From IMG/VR virus record IMGVR_UViG_3300013114_000098: a stretch of 64,000 nucleotides of DNA; one strand, written 5' to 3'. Of this stretch, positions 18,454 to 27,501 are shown piece after piece. The first letter of the stretch is position 1. The number at the start of each line of letters is the position of its first letter. The position numbers were made by a program, and so were the translations under genes. Origin of the DNA: a virus. The notes beneath the pieces were generated by a model. That model had not been told where the DNA came from and ran no database searches. It worked only from the letters and a program-made list of their open reading frames with translations.

Positions 18454-18896
18454 CCTTTCTTTAAGTGTTCCGTAAGAATTTTTGAACTACCCACCCTTAC
18501 GTTAATAATGCCGTTATAGTATTCATCGGTTTCTAATACTCTACGGTCAAATTGTTCTTTTGCTTCCATGTAACTTAATACACCTTTACTAGGACAATAA
18601 TGTAAAATTTCTCTAGTAAATTTATTTGAACCAAGTGTTAGGACATCTGCGTTTAAATGATCTGATGACCCCCAATAGTCTTGCCAATCACTTTCTTTAT
18701 ATCCACGTCTTTTATTCTTTTTACCTTTAAGTGGTGGCTTAGTTGTTTTAAATCTTGCTAGTTTTTTACCTATGTATTTTTTATTGTTAGTAAGATTTGT
18801 AATTACATATACAAATCCTTCGCAATCATTAGGTAATTCATTGACTATTTTATTTTTATATGTCCATGGACAATTATTCTTCTTTGACCCATTCAT
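18450..18896 (-). CDS. Stand-alone GIY-YIG endonuclease-like protein (Seg-like)
   Basis: GFVYVITN...KKYIG, YWGSS, FTREIL, E...YYN motifs; catalytic domain only, basic insertion. Confidence 0.85.
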   Translation of the reverse strand: MNGSKKNNCPWTYKNKIVNELPNDCEGFVYVITNLTNNKKYIGKKLARFKTTKPPLKGKKNKRRGYKESDWQDYWGSSDHLNADVLTLGSNKFTREILHYCPSKGVLSYMEAKEQFDRRVLETDEYYNGIINVRVGSSKILTEHLKKG

Positions 18897-19032
18897 TTAT
18901 TGTTTTCCTAATCAAGTCTAAAGTATCTATACCTAGTTCGTCCTTTTTTATTGTTTCCGGTGCATGTAATAATACATAAGTCCATTTTTCGTGTAATTCT
19001 AATTCTTCTTGTTTGTTATATGTATTACGCAT
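18874..19032 (-). CDS. Small hypothetical protein (52 aa, MRNTYNKQEELELHEKW...)
   Basis: Not in ORF track; fills gap, overlapping gp46 stop and GIY-YIG start. Confidence 0.55.
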   Translation of the reverse strand: MRNTYNKQEELELHEKWTYVLLHAPETIKKDELGIDTLDLIRKTINEWVKEE

Positions 19033-20803
19033 CAATTACTTCTACTTCAGTGTCAAATGTAGTGAAGCCATTTTCTTTAGTAACTTGTAGCACTCTGCTA
19101 ACTCTACCTACTAATTCATCTCTGTGTGAAATAAGTAAAATATTCTTATTTCTATCACGTTCAAATTTCTTTAACACACCTAATGCACTATCAACACCAA
19201 CTGTGTCCATACCACTATCAACAAGTTCGTCTATACAAACAAAGTTAATAGGATGATTCATACTTTCAAATACATCACGGAATGCCCAACTAAGTCCAAG
19301 TATAAGTCTATTACGTTCTCCCCTTGATAAATTATCAAAATCTAAATCTTGACCAAGTTGTGTAATAGTTACAGTTAAGTCACTTTGAAATTCTACTTCA
19401 TGCGGTAAACCTAGTCGTGTAATATAATATTCTAAACGTGTGTTTAAAAATTGTAAGTTTTGTTCAATAATCTTTTTACGAATAAAACTATCTTTGTTAG
19501 TTAATAGTTTTAATAAAAAGTCTTGATGTTCTCTTAATTCTTCAAGTGTATTTACTTCTTCCCAATCTACATCTTGTAATCCTGTATTTTTTAAAACATC
19601 AATTTGTTCTATATACGGATTAGTTTCGTTTGCGGCATTAGTCATTGATGATTGTAACTTATCTATTTTACTTTGATGCTTATATGCTTCTTGTAAGGTA
19701 TTATATTCAATTGTGGGAGCATTTCCAATTTCACCAATGGCAGTAATTGCATTTGTGTACGATTCAATTAATTCGTTCTCTTCAGTAATTTGAGTTTGAC
19801 TTTCATTTACAAGTTCTGTTTTTTGAGAAACTATTTTATCATGTTGTTCATCATGAATATCTTGTCCACATGCATAACATTTATGTTCTAATGTAGCAGT
19901 TAAATCTTCTTGTGCCTTATCTAAACGTTTCTGTTCACGTTCAGAACTACTTGTAAGTCTAGCTATTTCAGCATTTAAAGTATCTATTTGGCCTTTCTTT
20001 TCATTAAATTCAGCAAACTCTTCGTGTGCTTTTATTTCTTTATCAATGTCAATATGTTCTAATGCTTGTATCTCACTAGTATATTCTTGAATACGTCCTT
20101 CTAGTTGTGAAGCCCATGTCTTTTCTCTACGTTCAAGATCTTTAATACTATTATTAATACGTTCGTTTGCATCTTCTACTCCTTTAAGTCTATATGTTTC
20201 TTCAGTTATTCTGTCTTTAGTATTTTTTAATAGTTCTTTAAGTATATCAGCCTTCTCACTAAGTTTAGTAATTCCTAACAATTGCTCAATCATGTCACGT
20301 TGATCATTTGCTCTCATACTTAAAAATGGTTCAGTGTATGTATTCAGTGCAATAATATGCTTAAACATATTATGAGTCATACCAAGTGTTTGTTCAATTA
20401 CGTGTTGGCTTTCTCTGCCTTGCCCTTGCATTTCATCTGTAATGTCGTCGTCATTGCTATCTACGTCATTGACTAGATATTTAAATACATTGGGTTTGCG
20501 TCCACGCTCAATACGATAATTTACACTGTCTATTTCAAAATCAACAGTGACCATCATATTTTTATTATTAGTTTTATTAACTAAGTTATCTTTTTTAATA
20601 CTGTATAACGCACTACCAAATAATGCATAACTTAATGCATTAATAATTGTTGTCTTACCTGTACCATTACGTGATCCATCACCACCTAAATCTAAATTAT
20701 TACCTAATACAAGTGTTAGCCCTGCATCATCAAAGTGAACAGCCTGTGTGACATTGCCCACACTCATAAAGTTCTTTACGGTGATATTTTTAATTATTAG
20801 CAT
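19025..20803 (-). CDS. gp46: Recombination endonuclease ATPase subunit (gp46/SbcC/Rad50-like)
   Basis: NGTGKTT Walker A, CYAC zinc hook, LSRGE signature, IDE Walker B, ISH. Confidence 0.95.
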   Translation of the reverse strand: MLIIKNITVKNFMSVGNVTQAVHFDDAGLTLVLGNNLDLGGDGSRNGTGKTTIINALSYALFGSALYSIKKDNLVNKTNNKNMMVTVDFEIDSVNYRIERGRKPNVFKYLVNDVDSNDDDITDEMQGQGRESQHVIEQTLGMTHNMFKHIIALNTYTEPFLSMRANDQRDMIEQLLGITKLSEKADILKELLKNTKDRITEETYRLKGVEDANERINNSIKDLERREKTWASQLEGRIQEYTSEIQALEHIDIDKEIKAHEEFAEFNEKKGQIDTLNAEIARLTSSSEREQKRLDKAQEDLTATLEHKCYACGQDIHDEQHDKIVSQKTELVNESQTQITEENELIESYTNAITAIGEIGNAPTIEYNTLQEAYKHQSKIDKLQSSMTNAANETNPYIEQIDVLKNTGLQDVDWEEVNTLEELREHQDFLLKLLTNKDSFIRKKIIEQNLQFLNTRLEYYITRLGLPHEVEFQSDLTVTITQLGQDLDFDNLSRGERNRLILGLSWAFRDVFESMNHPINFVCIDELVDSGMDTVGVDSALGVLKKFERDRNKNILLISHRDELVGRVSRVLQVTKENGFTTFDTEVEVIDA

Positions 20804-21826
20804 TTATGTTGTTAGTCCTCTGTAAATATCTACTAGTAGTTGCTTTTTAATAGTATCACTTTGTACTGAGTTAAGTTGCGACAGTACAATGCTATCTACG
20901 TTTTCTACTTGGATATCAACTCCTTTATTCCAGTCTTGTGTATGTTCTTCTTTTTTGCTAGGCATAAGAGCAATCTCACGTAAGTTGTATTGTTTAATAA
21001 ATGTTTCTTTAATAAAGTTTGCTTCTTCGTATGTAATACCAACATCTAATGTAACACGGCAATGTGTTTTATCAGATAAGTATTTGTCTGGGTTATCTAT
21101 TAATTTACTTAATGTTAAAGTTCTATACTTAGGAGCATCTGGCCATGCTAGATATTCTATATTGCCATCCCAATCTAAAAACATGCATCCTCTGTCGTCG
21201 TCCCATGTATCAGCATAGTTATGTGGGAAACAATTGCCTGGGTAAATTACATTGCCACGTTTTTGTCTTTTATGAAAGTGTCCACTAAAAACCATCTCAG
21301 GTTTTGATAAGTCTTCTGCTTTAAGACCTCCTGTGTCTGGCATTTGTACAAGGGCATTCATATAAAAGTCTGGCAATTCAAAATGACCAAACATAAATTT
21401 ACATTCAATTTGTTTTAACTTTTTCCATTCGTCATCACATAGCCAAGGAATAAATGCTACGCCATCTTCAATAAGCATTTCCTTGTTTACCATTCTAATT
21501 TTTTTGAAGTCCTCAATCATTGATAAACTATGAATCTCACGCTTTTCACGATAATATAAATCATGATTACCAGTGATCATTATAATCTCATCAAAGTTCT
21601 CATTAAGTCTTCGTAAGTTACTAGTGGTATAATTTAGTGTGCTAACATTGATACTAGCACGATTGTGATGCCAATCTCCTAAGAAGAAACATTTTTTAAT
21701 GCCTCTTTTATGAGCTTCAGCAATCATCCATATGATAAAATCTTCACAATCCTGGTTATGATATCTACTGTTATTCTTCATGCCAAAGTGAATATCAGTA
21801 AAGATCACTGCTTTGTCAAAAAACAT
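20804..21826 (-). CDS. gp47: Recombination endonuclease nuclease subunit (gp47/SbcD/Mre11-like)
   Basis: DIHFG, GDWHH, GNHD, GHFH metallophosphoesterase motifs. Confidence 0.95.
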   Translation of the reverse strand: MFFDKAVIFTDIHFGMKNNSRYHNQDCEDFIIWMIAEAHKRGIKKCFFLGDWHHNRASINVSTLNYTTSNLRRLNENFDEIIMITGNHDLYYREKREIHSLSMIEDFKKIRMVNKEMLIEDGVAFIPWLCDDEWKKLKQIECKFMFGHFELPDFYMNALVQMPDTGGLKAEDLSKPEMVFSGHFHKRQKRGNVIYPGNCFPHNYADTWDDDRGCMFLDWDGNIEYLAWPDAPKYRTLTLSKLIDNPDKYLSDKTHCRVTLDVGITYEEANFIKETFIKQYNLREIALMPSKKEEHTQDWNKGVDIQVENVDSIVLSQLNSVQSDTIKKQLLVDIYRGLTT

Positions 21827-22744
21827 TTACTCTCCTGTTTCTTCAGTTTCTTCGTCGGGAATTTCGTATGTTGTTACTTTTAACGTAGGATTTTCTAGTT
21901 TCTTTTTTTCTTCACTTCTAAGATGAGCTTCCCATTCTGCATTAAATGTTCTAGTGCTACTTGGATTTAGCCCTTCTTCTTCTAGTAAGTCATCTCTAAT
22001 ATTTTGACTACGTTTTTCTAAGTTTAAAACTCTTGTAAAACTATTATTAATTGCCGCAGTATAATAAGCAAATGGGTTTTGACTCTTAAGTTCATTAAAT
22101 TGTAAGCCAATTTGTGCAAGTTGTAACAACGCCTGCCCACGCATCTCATCTACATATGTGTATCCACGCCAGTTACCTCGCATACTATAACGTTCGCATA
22201 GTTTAATATACATTTTTGCTAAAGAATCTGTTGTTTGTCCATGATGAACATTAAAATGACCGTTATCTTTTCCACCTTCCCAATGGCTTCTAACTACTTC
22301 ATTCCATTTGCCATTCTGCATTGCATAATGTTTAAATGGAGGAAAATTACATTTACTATGTAAATCTGCTTCTGATTTTGGTTTATTTTTTCTATTTTCT
22401 TCTGGTATATGATCAAATGTCATTACACGTACTACAATGTCATCATCTTTAATAGTATCAATATCAACTGCAAAATCTGCAGCTCTTGGTTTAGTTTTCT
22501 TTCCTGTTAAACCTTGCTCCCATCGTCCTACTTCAACTTGGTGTGCTAACTTTTGTAATCTTGTTGCTCTGTTTTGTTTTGCTTCTGCAATTGCTTCTTT
22601 TGTTATTTCTTCAAATCCGGTTACAATAAGATCAAAATGTGTATAATTATCATCTTTAGTCCAACAATACGTCATTTTACTATTATGTATTTCTCTTAAC
22701 AAATCTTTATTTGTTAAGTAAAAAGTTTTCTTTTTGGTTGTCAT
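21827..22744 (-). CDS. gp55: Late-transcription sigma factor (gp55-like)
   Basis: YLTNKDLL, NWRGYTYVDEM, FNELKSQNPFAYYT motifs; synteny with gp47/46. Confidence 0.85.
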   Translation of the reverse strand: MTTKKKTFYLTNKDLLREIHNSKMTYCWTKDDNYTHFDLIVTGFEEITKEAIAEAKQNRATRLQKLAHQVEVGRWEQGLTGKKTKPRAADFAVDIDTIKDDDIVVRVMTFDHIPEENRKNKPKSEADLHSKCNFPPFKHYAMQNGKWNEVVRSHWEGGKDNGHFNVHHGQTTDSLAKMYIKLCERYSMRGNWRGYTYVDEMRGQALLQLAQIGLQFNELKSQNPFAYYTAAINNSFTRVLNLEKRSQNIRDDLLEEEGLNPSSTRTFNAEWEAHLRSEEKKKLENPTLKVTTYEIPDEETEETGE

Positions 22745-22772
22745 AATGTGAAAGTTCCTTTATGTAATTAGT

Positions 22773-22802
22773 ATTATACGGCATATGCCATGTCTGTGTC
22801 AA
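22773..22802 (-). promoter_or_regulatory. Consensus sigma70 promoter of gp55-47-46 operon
   Basis: TTGACA-18 bp-TATAAT; spacer contains palindrome GGCATATGCC. Confidence 0.8.
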
Positions 22803-22818
22803 CCTGTTTTTTTAAATT

Positions 22819-22826
22819 GATAAATA
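22819..22826 (+). promoter_or_regulatory. Late promoter GATAAATA for baseplate operon
   Basis: Consensus octamer before GGAG RBS. Confidence 0.7.
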
Positions 22827-22846
22827 CTACGAACGGAGAAGTAATT

Positions 22847-23458
22847 ATGTTAATTGAACATGTTTTAAAAGAGGGCGTAGACAACATAGCTGTATTTTAT
22901 GGCGGTCGTTTTCAACCTATGCACCAAGGACATCACGATGTTTATAAACATCTAATCCAAAAGTTTGGTGCTGATAATGTATTTATCGCCACAACATTTA
23001 GCCAAAAAGCTGTGAAAGCACACTCACAGGGCGACTACGGTAGTGATCCTTTTACATTTGATGAAAAGGCAAGTATCATGAATAAGATGTTCAATATACC
23101 CGGTGATAAGATTATTAAAACTAATCCATATAGACCAGACATGGCAGCGGCAGGTAAAGACCCAGAAACTACTGCACAAATACTTGTGTATGGTGAAAAA
23201 GATGCTAATAGACTTGCTACAGGTGGTGAAGGGTTCTTACATAAATTACCAACCGATATGAATGAATTAGTTCCTACAGCACAAGAACGAGGCTACGTAT
23301 ATGTAGCACCACTTATGCAAGGTGGAATGAGTGCAAGTGATTTCCGTGCAACAATGGCTAAAACAATGGACGAAAAAGAGAAACAACAAGCATTTACAAA
23401 GTTTTTTGGCAAATTTGACGAACAAGTTTATCGTTTTATTGAGGAGAGATTAACATAA
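22847..23458 (+). CDS. Cytidylyltransferase-family (HxGH) nucleotidyltransferase
   Basis: GGRFQPMHQGH and MSASDFR motifs; ATG at 22847 with GGAG RBS. Confidence 0.8.
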   Translation: MLIEHVLKEGVDNIAVFYGGRFQPMHQGHHDVYKHLIQKFGADNVFIATTFSQKAVKAHSQGDYGSDPFTFDEKASIMNKMFNIPGDKIIKTNPYRPDMAAAGKDPETTAQILVYGEKDANRLATGGEGFLHKLPTDMNELVPTAQERGYVYVAPLMQGGMSASDFRATMAKTMDEKEKQQAFTKFFGKFDEQVYRFIEERLT

Positions 23459-24102
23459 TGGCAGGCGTAACAAACAAAGCAAAATTACTAATGAAAGAAA
23501 AAGGTAAACCATTTTTCTTAGGTTCTGGTAGATTAACTCATGAGCAAAGTATATTAAACCCACTTAGTAATGACGGTGGTGTAGTGTTTCCTTTAACACC
23601 TACTATTCAAATGTCACATAGTGCTAACTATGGAACATATGATGTGACTGGATCAATATATCAACAAAATTATTATATTAACACACCAAATCCGCCTATA
23701 TCAATAACAGCATTGTTTCCTTCTAATACAGCAGAAGAAGCGGCATATACAGCGGCGTCATTACATTTTTTTAAATCATGTATGAAATCTGATTTTGGTT
23801 CACAAGCAGGAGCTACAGCAGGTACTCCACCACCAATATTAAAGTTTAGTTGTTATGGCTCAGTACATGCCTCAAACGTTCCGTGTGTTATTAGAAACTT
23901 TACATACACATTACCAGAAGACACAGACTACGTAGAAGTTAAAGCAGGAAACGGTGAAATGATTGCCGTTCCTACATTATCACTAGTATCAGTAGAACTA
24001 GTACCTCAACTTCCACCAAAAGCAGTTAAAGATCGGTTCAACATAAGAACATATGCAAGTGGAATTGCATTAAATGATGGCAACCCAGACGGATTTATAT
24101 AA
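23458..24102 (+). CDS. Baseplate/tail-tube initiator-like protein (gp48/gp54-like)
   Basis: VFPLTPTI, GTPPPILKF, NVPCVIRNFTYTLP motifs; synteny with gp53. Confidence 0.6.
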   Translation: MAGVTNKAKLLMKEKGKPFFLGSGRLTHEQSILNPLSNDGGVVFPLTPTIQMSHSANYGTYDVTGSIYQQNYYINTPNPPISITALFPSNTAEEAAYTAASLHFFKSCMKSDFGSQAGATAGTPPPILKFSCYGSVHASNVPCVIRNFTYTLPEDTDYVEVKAGNGEMIAVPTLSLVSVELVPQLPPKAVKDRFNIRTYASGIALNDGNPDGFI

Positions 24103-24103
24103 T

Positions 24104-24388
24104 ATGGCAAATTACAGAACAGACAGTTTATACAGAGATACAAAAATCATTAATAAACAATATTTAGATGTATTAGATGTTAACAGTATTGATATAGCTA
24201 ATACAGCAACTAAACTATTAATACTAGAAGAAAAATATAATGAGAAACCAGATCTGTTAGCATACGACTTGTATGGTAACGCAAAATTATGGTGGGTGTT
24301 TGCTTTATTTAATCAAGACGAATTAGCAGATCCTATTGTAGATTTTAAAACAGGCTTAAAAATATCAGTTCCTATAAGGTTCTCATAA
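24104..24388 (+). CDS. gp53: Baseplate wedge protein (gp53-like)
   Basis: KPDLLAYDLYGNAKLWWVFA motif. Confidence 0.85.
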   Translation: MANYRTDSLYRDTKIINKQYLDVLDVNSIDIANTATKLLILEEKYNEKPDLLAYDLYGNAKLWWVFALFNQDELADPIVDFKTGLKISVPIRFS

Positions 24389-24389
24389 C

Positions 24390-26294
24390 ATGGCATTCGA
24401 AGATACAACAGGAACATCAACAGTTAAAGAAATTAGAGAAATAAGAAATCTAACTACTTTAAAAAACACTGTTTCTCCTAATTGGTTAAGTTTAGTTGAT
24501 AGTCCAACATATCTTTGGACATTATATCTTGTAAGCAATGAAATCTGGAATGATCCTAACTTAATAGGAAATGATGATGCGGCCTTAAACAACAAACAAG
24601 CATTTATTGTTGCTAAACAAGGAGTAGACGCTGAATTTAGTTTAGACAATTTTATGTCGTTAGCAACAATCACACCAGGACAAAAACATGGTAATGCTAC
24701 TCCTGGTATAATACAATTTGATTTATTTGAAACTTTAGGATTTACATTTATGGATAGAATTCTAACTGCTGGTAAAAATCTTGGCAAACCATCTAACTTA
24801 TATTCACAAAACTTTATATTAAAATTAGAATTTAAAGGAAGAGATCCAGTAACTAGTGCAAGTGTTCCATTTCCTGGTGTATACTTATATCCAGTTAAGT
24901 TTAATCAAATAAGGAGTACTACAGGACCAGAAGGAACACGATATAATATTATTGCATGGTCTTCTCTTAAACACGCACAGACAGAAGGGGTATTAGATTC
25001 TGATGTTACTATAGAAAACATTAGAACAGTAGAAGATTTTGTTAAAGGATTTGAAAAAGAATATAATGATGGACAGTTAAGTCTTATGAGTCCAATGGAC
25101 CAAAGAAATGGAATGCCAGCACCTAAACAAATAGAAATAAATTTTGATAAAAAAACTTCATATGCAAAACCAGGTACAGAAAGAAAAATTAAAGGAAATC
25201 CGTTATCTTGGTTTCATTTGCCATCAAAACCTTTTTCAGGCACAACAGACCAAGCAACCAGTTCTAGAACTGGACAAGGTTTACACAATGATTATAAAGA
25301 CACAAATACAGTTACAGTTGAAAGAGAAACTAACATCGGTATGTGGCTTCAAAAAACAATATCTAATAATTGTACTGCTTGGAGCGAATGGGTAATTGAA
25401 GCAAACAAGTTTGGATTAACGCCTCATATAGTAGTTGAAAGTGAAGTAAAATATCCACCAGGTACAAAAAAAGAAAACTATGGTAACGTGGAACCAACAT
25501 TAATTGTATATACTATTAAAATAGGATATGGTGATACAACATACGACGCTAGTATAGCTGAAGGAAATAAAAAATTAAATGATACAAAACACCAAGTAGA
25601 TAGATTTAAAACATTACCTATTGAAAAAAGTTACACATATTTGTATACAGGTTTAAACACAGAAGTAATAAATTATCAATTAGATGTACAAAATTTATTC
25701 TTTGTATTAGATCAACCAGGGGCGGCTACATTTGTAGCAGGTAAAACTTCAGAAGGTAAACAGCAATTTACGCCAACTCAAATAACAGATTCTATATATC
25801 TATCAGATATAAAACAATCATCTGTTGAATTGGGATATTTTAATCCAGTAGTAGGTGGTGTTGCAAAAACAGATTCAGCTGAAAAGGCGCAAGTAAATGA
25901 ATATAATTTAAATGAAAACTCAGCACTAGCACGTAGATTACAAGACATGGCTAAGAGAGAATATGATGCATTAAATGTTTCTATAGAAATTAAAGGTGAT
26001 CCACATTGGATGGGCAACATGCAGGCAGTAATAAAAGGAAAGTTAGAGAAACCAGACTATGCTAAACAAGATGCACTTATAACGTTCTTACAGTTTAACC
26101 CTAATGCTGATAAGTTATTAACTGAACAAGTTAAAGGTGAAATTGATCCAATTAGTACAGGAATATATAAATTAACTACAGTAGAAAGTAGATTTCAAGG
26201 TGGACGATTCACCCAAACATTAAACGGATACAAAGATGTTAATTCAAATACGTCTTTATTGTTACCGAGCATAATAGAACTATCAGGAGTATAA
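24390..26294 (+). CDS. Baseplate hub / tail protein (gp27/GpD-like)
   Basis: C-terminal IEIKGDPHW and GIYKLTTVESRFQGGRFTQTL motifs; upstream of spike. Confidence 0.6.
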   Translation: MAFEDTTGTSTVKEIREIRNLTTLKNTVSPNWLSLVDSPTYLWTLYLVSNEIWNDPNLIGNDDAALNNKQAFIVAKQGVDAEFSLDNFMSLATITPGQKHGNATPGIIQFDLFETLGFTFMDRILTAGKNLGKPSNLYSQNFILKLEFKGRDPVTSASVPFPGVYLYPVKFNQIRSTTGPEGTRYNIIAWSSLKHAQTEGVLDSDVTIENIRTVEDFVKGFEKEYNDGQLSLMSPMDQRNGMPAPKQIEINFDKKTSYAKPGTERKIKGNPLSWFHLPSKPFSGTTDQATSSRTGQGLHNDYKDTNTVTVERETNIGMWLQKTISNNCTAWSEWVIEANKFGLTPHIVVESEVKYPPGTKKENYGNVEPTLIVYTIKIGYGDTTYDASIAEGNKKLNDTKHQVDRFKTLPIEKSYTYLYTGLNTEVINYQLDVQNLFFVLDQPGAATFVAGKTSEGKQQFTPTQITDSIYLSDIKQSSVELGYFNPVVGGVAKTDSAEKAQVNEYNLNENSALARRLQDMAKREYDALNVSIEIKGDPHWMGNMQAVIKGKLEKPDYAKQDALITFLQFNPNADKLLTEQVKGEIDPISTGIYKLTTVESRFQGGRFTQTLNGYKDVNSNTSLLLPSIIELSGV

Positions 26295-26295
26295 T

Positions 26296-27501
26296 ATGGC
26301 AGGATTAATAAAACACGACGGTGTACATGTTTCAAACAGAGGCAAACAAAGTAGTGAAATAGGTATCAACAACCTTAGTGGAATATATGTTGGTGAAGTT
26401 ATTAATAATACTGATAGTTTATATACAGGCAGAATAACTGTACGCATATCAGAGTTTGGTGCAAAAACTTCTGAGAGGATTTGTTTATTAGTTACACCAT
26501 ATGGTGGGCATACAAAAATTCAAGATAGCGGTAAAGATGTAAAAAAAGAAGCACAGGCACCAGTAAGTTATGGTCTATGGCCACAGCCACCAGAAATAGG
26601 AACAAATGTTGTTATAGCATATACTGGTAGCATGGAGCAAGGTATTGTAATTGGTTCTCTAATAGCCAAAGACAGAAATGCAATGATGGGTGGTAAAGCA
26701 AGTGGACAAGTTTATGCTAATGATCAAACAAGTTTAGGAACTGCCGTAGAGAAAAATCCACACGATATAAATGATGCCGACACCAAACCACTAGATGAAT
26801 ACTTTCAAGCGATATTAAATCAACAAGGACTAAGTCTTGACTATGTTAGAGGACACAGCCAAAGTAGTGCAAGAAGAGAATCACCTAGTAAAGTTTTTGG
26901 AATTACAACACGACAAGGGCATGTTCTTACAATGGACGATGGTGATGCTAATGGTACCAGTAACAATATTAGATTGAGAACCAAAGGTGGTGCTCAAATA
27001 TTAATGGACGATAGTAATGGTTTTATTTTTATTACAAACCAACAAGGCAGTGCTTGGGTTGAAATGGATATTGCAGGACACATAGATGTTTACAGTCAGT
27101 CAGGTATAAACATGCACACAGAAGGTGATTACAATGTACATGCTAAAGGCAGTATTAATATGCAGGCTGAAATTGGAGTCAATATAAAAAGCTCAGGCGG
27201 TGAAGGAATAAAATTAGAAACAAGTGTAGCTGGTGTTGATGTATATAGTGCGTTAGATATAAATTTACAAGCAGATGCTAATTATAATTTACTAGTAGCA
27301 GGAAACATAATTTCTAAAGGTACTAGAATAGATATGAACGGCCCTGAACCAGGTACTGCAACAAAACCTACAGTACAAAATCAAATATCAAACACTAGTG
27401 TAAAGACTAGTATAGCAAGTAGAGTACCCGAACATCATCCGTGGCAAGGAGTTAGTGGAGTAGAAGAAACATTTACAGCAGGAAAAGGGAACACATCATA
27501 A
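26296..27501 (+). CDS. Baseplate spike protein (gp5/VgrG-like, no lysozyme domain)
   Basis: N-terminal OB-fold (GIYVGEV..D...GRITV, PPEIG), GHVLTMDD, beta-helix repeats, RVPEHHPW tip. Confidence 0.8.
   Translation: MAGLIKHDGVHVSNRGKQSSEIGINNLSGIYVGEVINNTDSLYTGRITVRISEFGAKTSERICLLVTPYGGHTKIQDSGKDVKKEAQAPVSYGLWPQPPEIGTNVVIAYTGSMEQGIVIGSLIAKDRNAMMGGKASGQVYANDQTSLGTAVEKNPHDINDADTKPLDEYFQAILNQQGLSLDYVRGHSQSSARRESPSKVFGITTRQGHVLTMDDGDANGTSNNIRLRTKGGAQILMDDSNGFIFITNQQGSAWVEMDIAGHIDVYSQSGINMHTEGDYNVHAKGSINMQAEIGVNIKSSGGEGIKLETSVAGVDVYSALDINLQADANYNLLVAGNIISKGTRIDMNGPEPGTATKPTVQNQISNTSVKTSIASRVPEHHPWQGVSGVEETFTAGKGNTS

Noticed and set aside
18450-18896. GIY-YIG gene as a typical mobile homing endonuclease
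   Set aside because: Not inside an intron, no evident C-terminal DNA-binding modules, and coupled into the operon, so not called a mobile element (not fully excluded)
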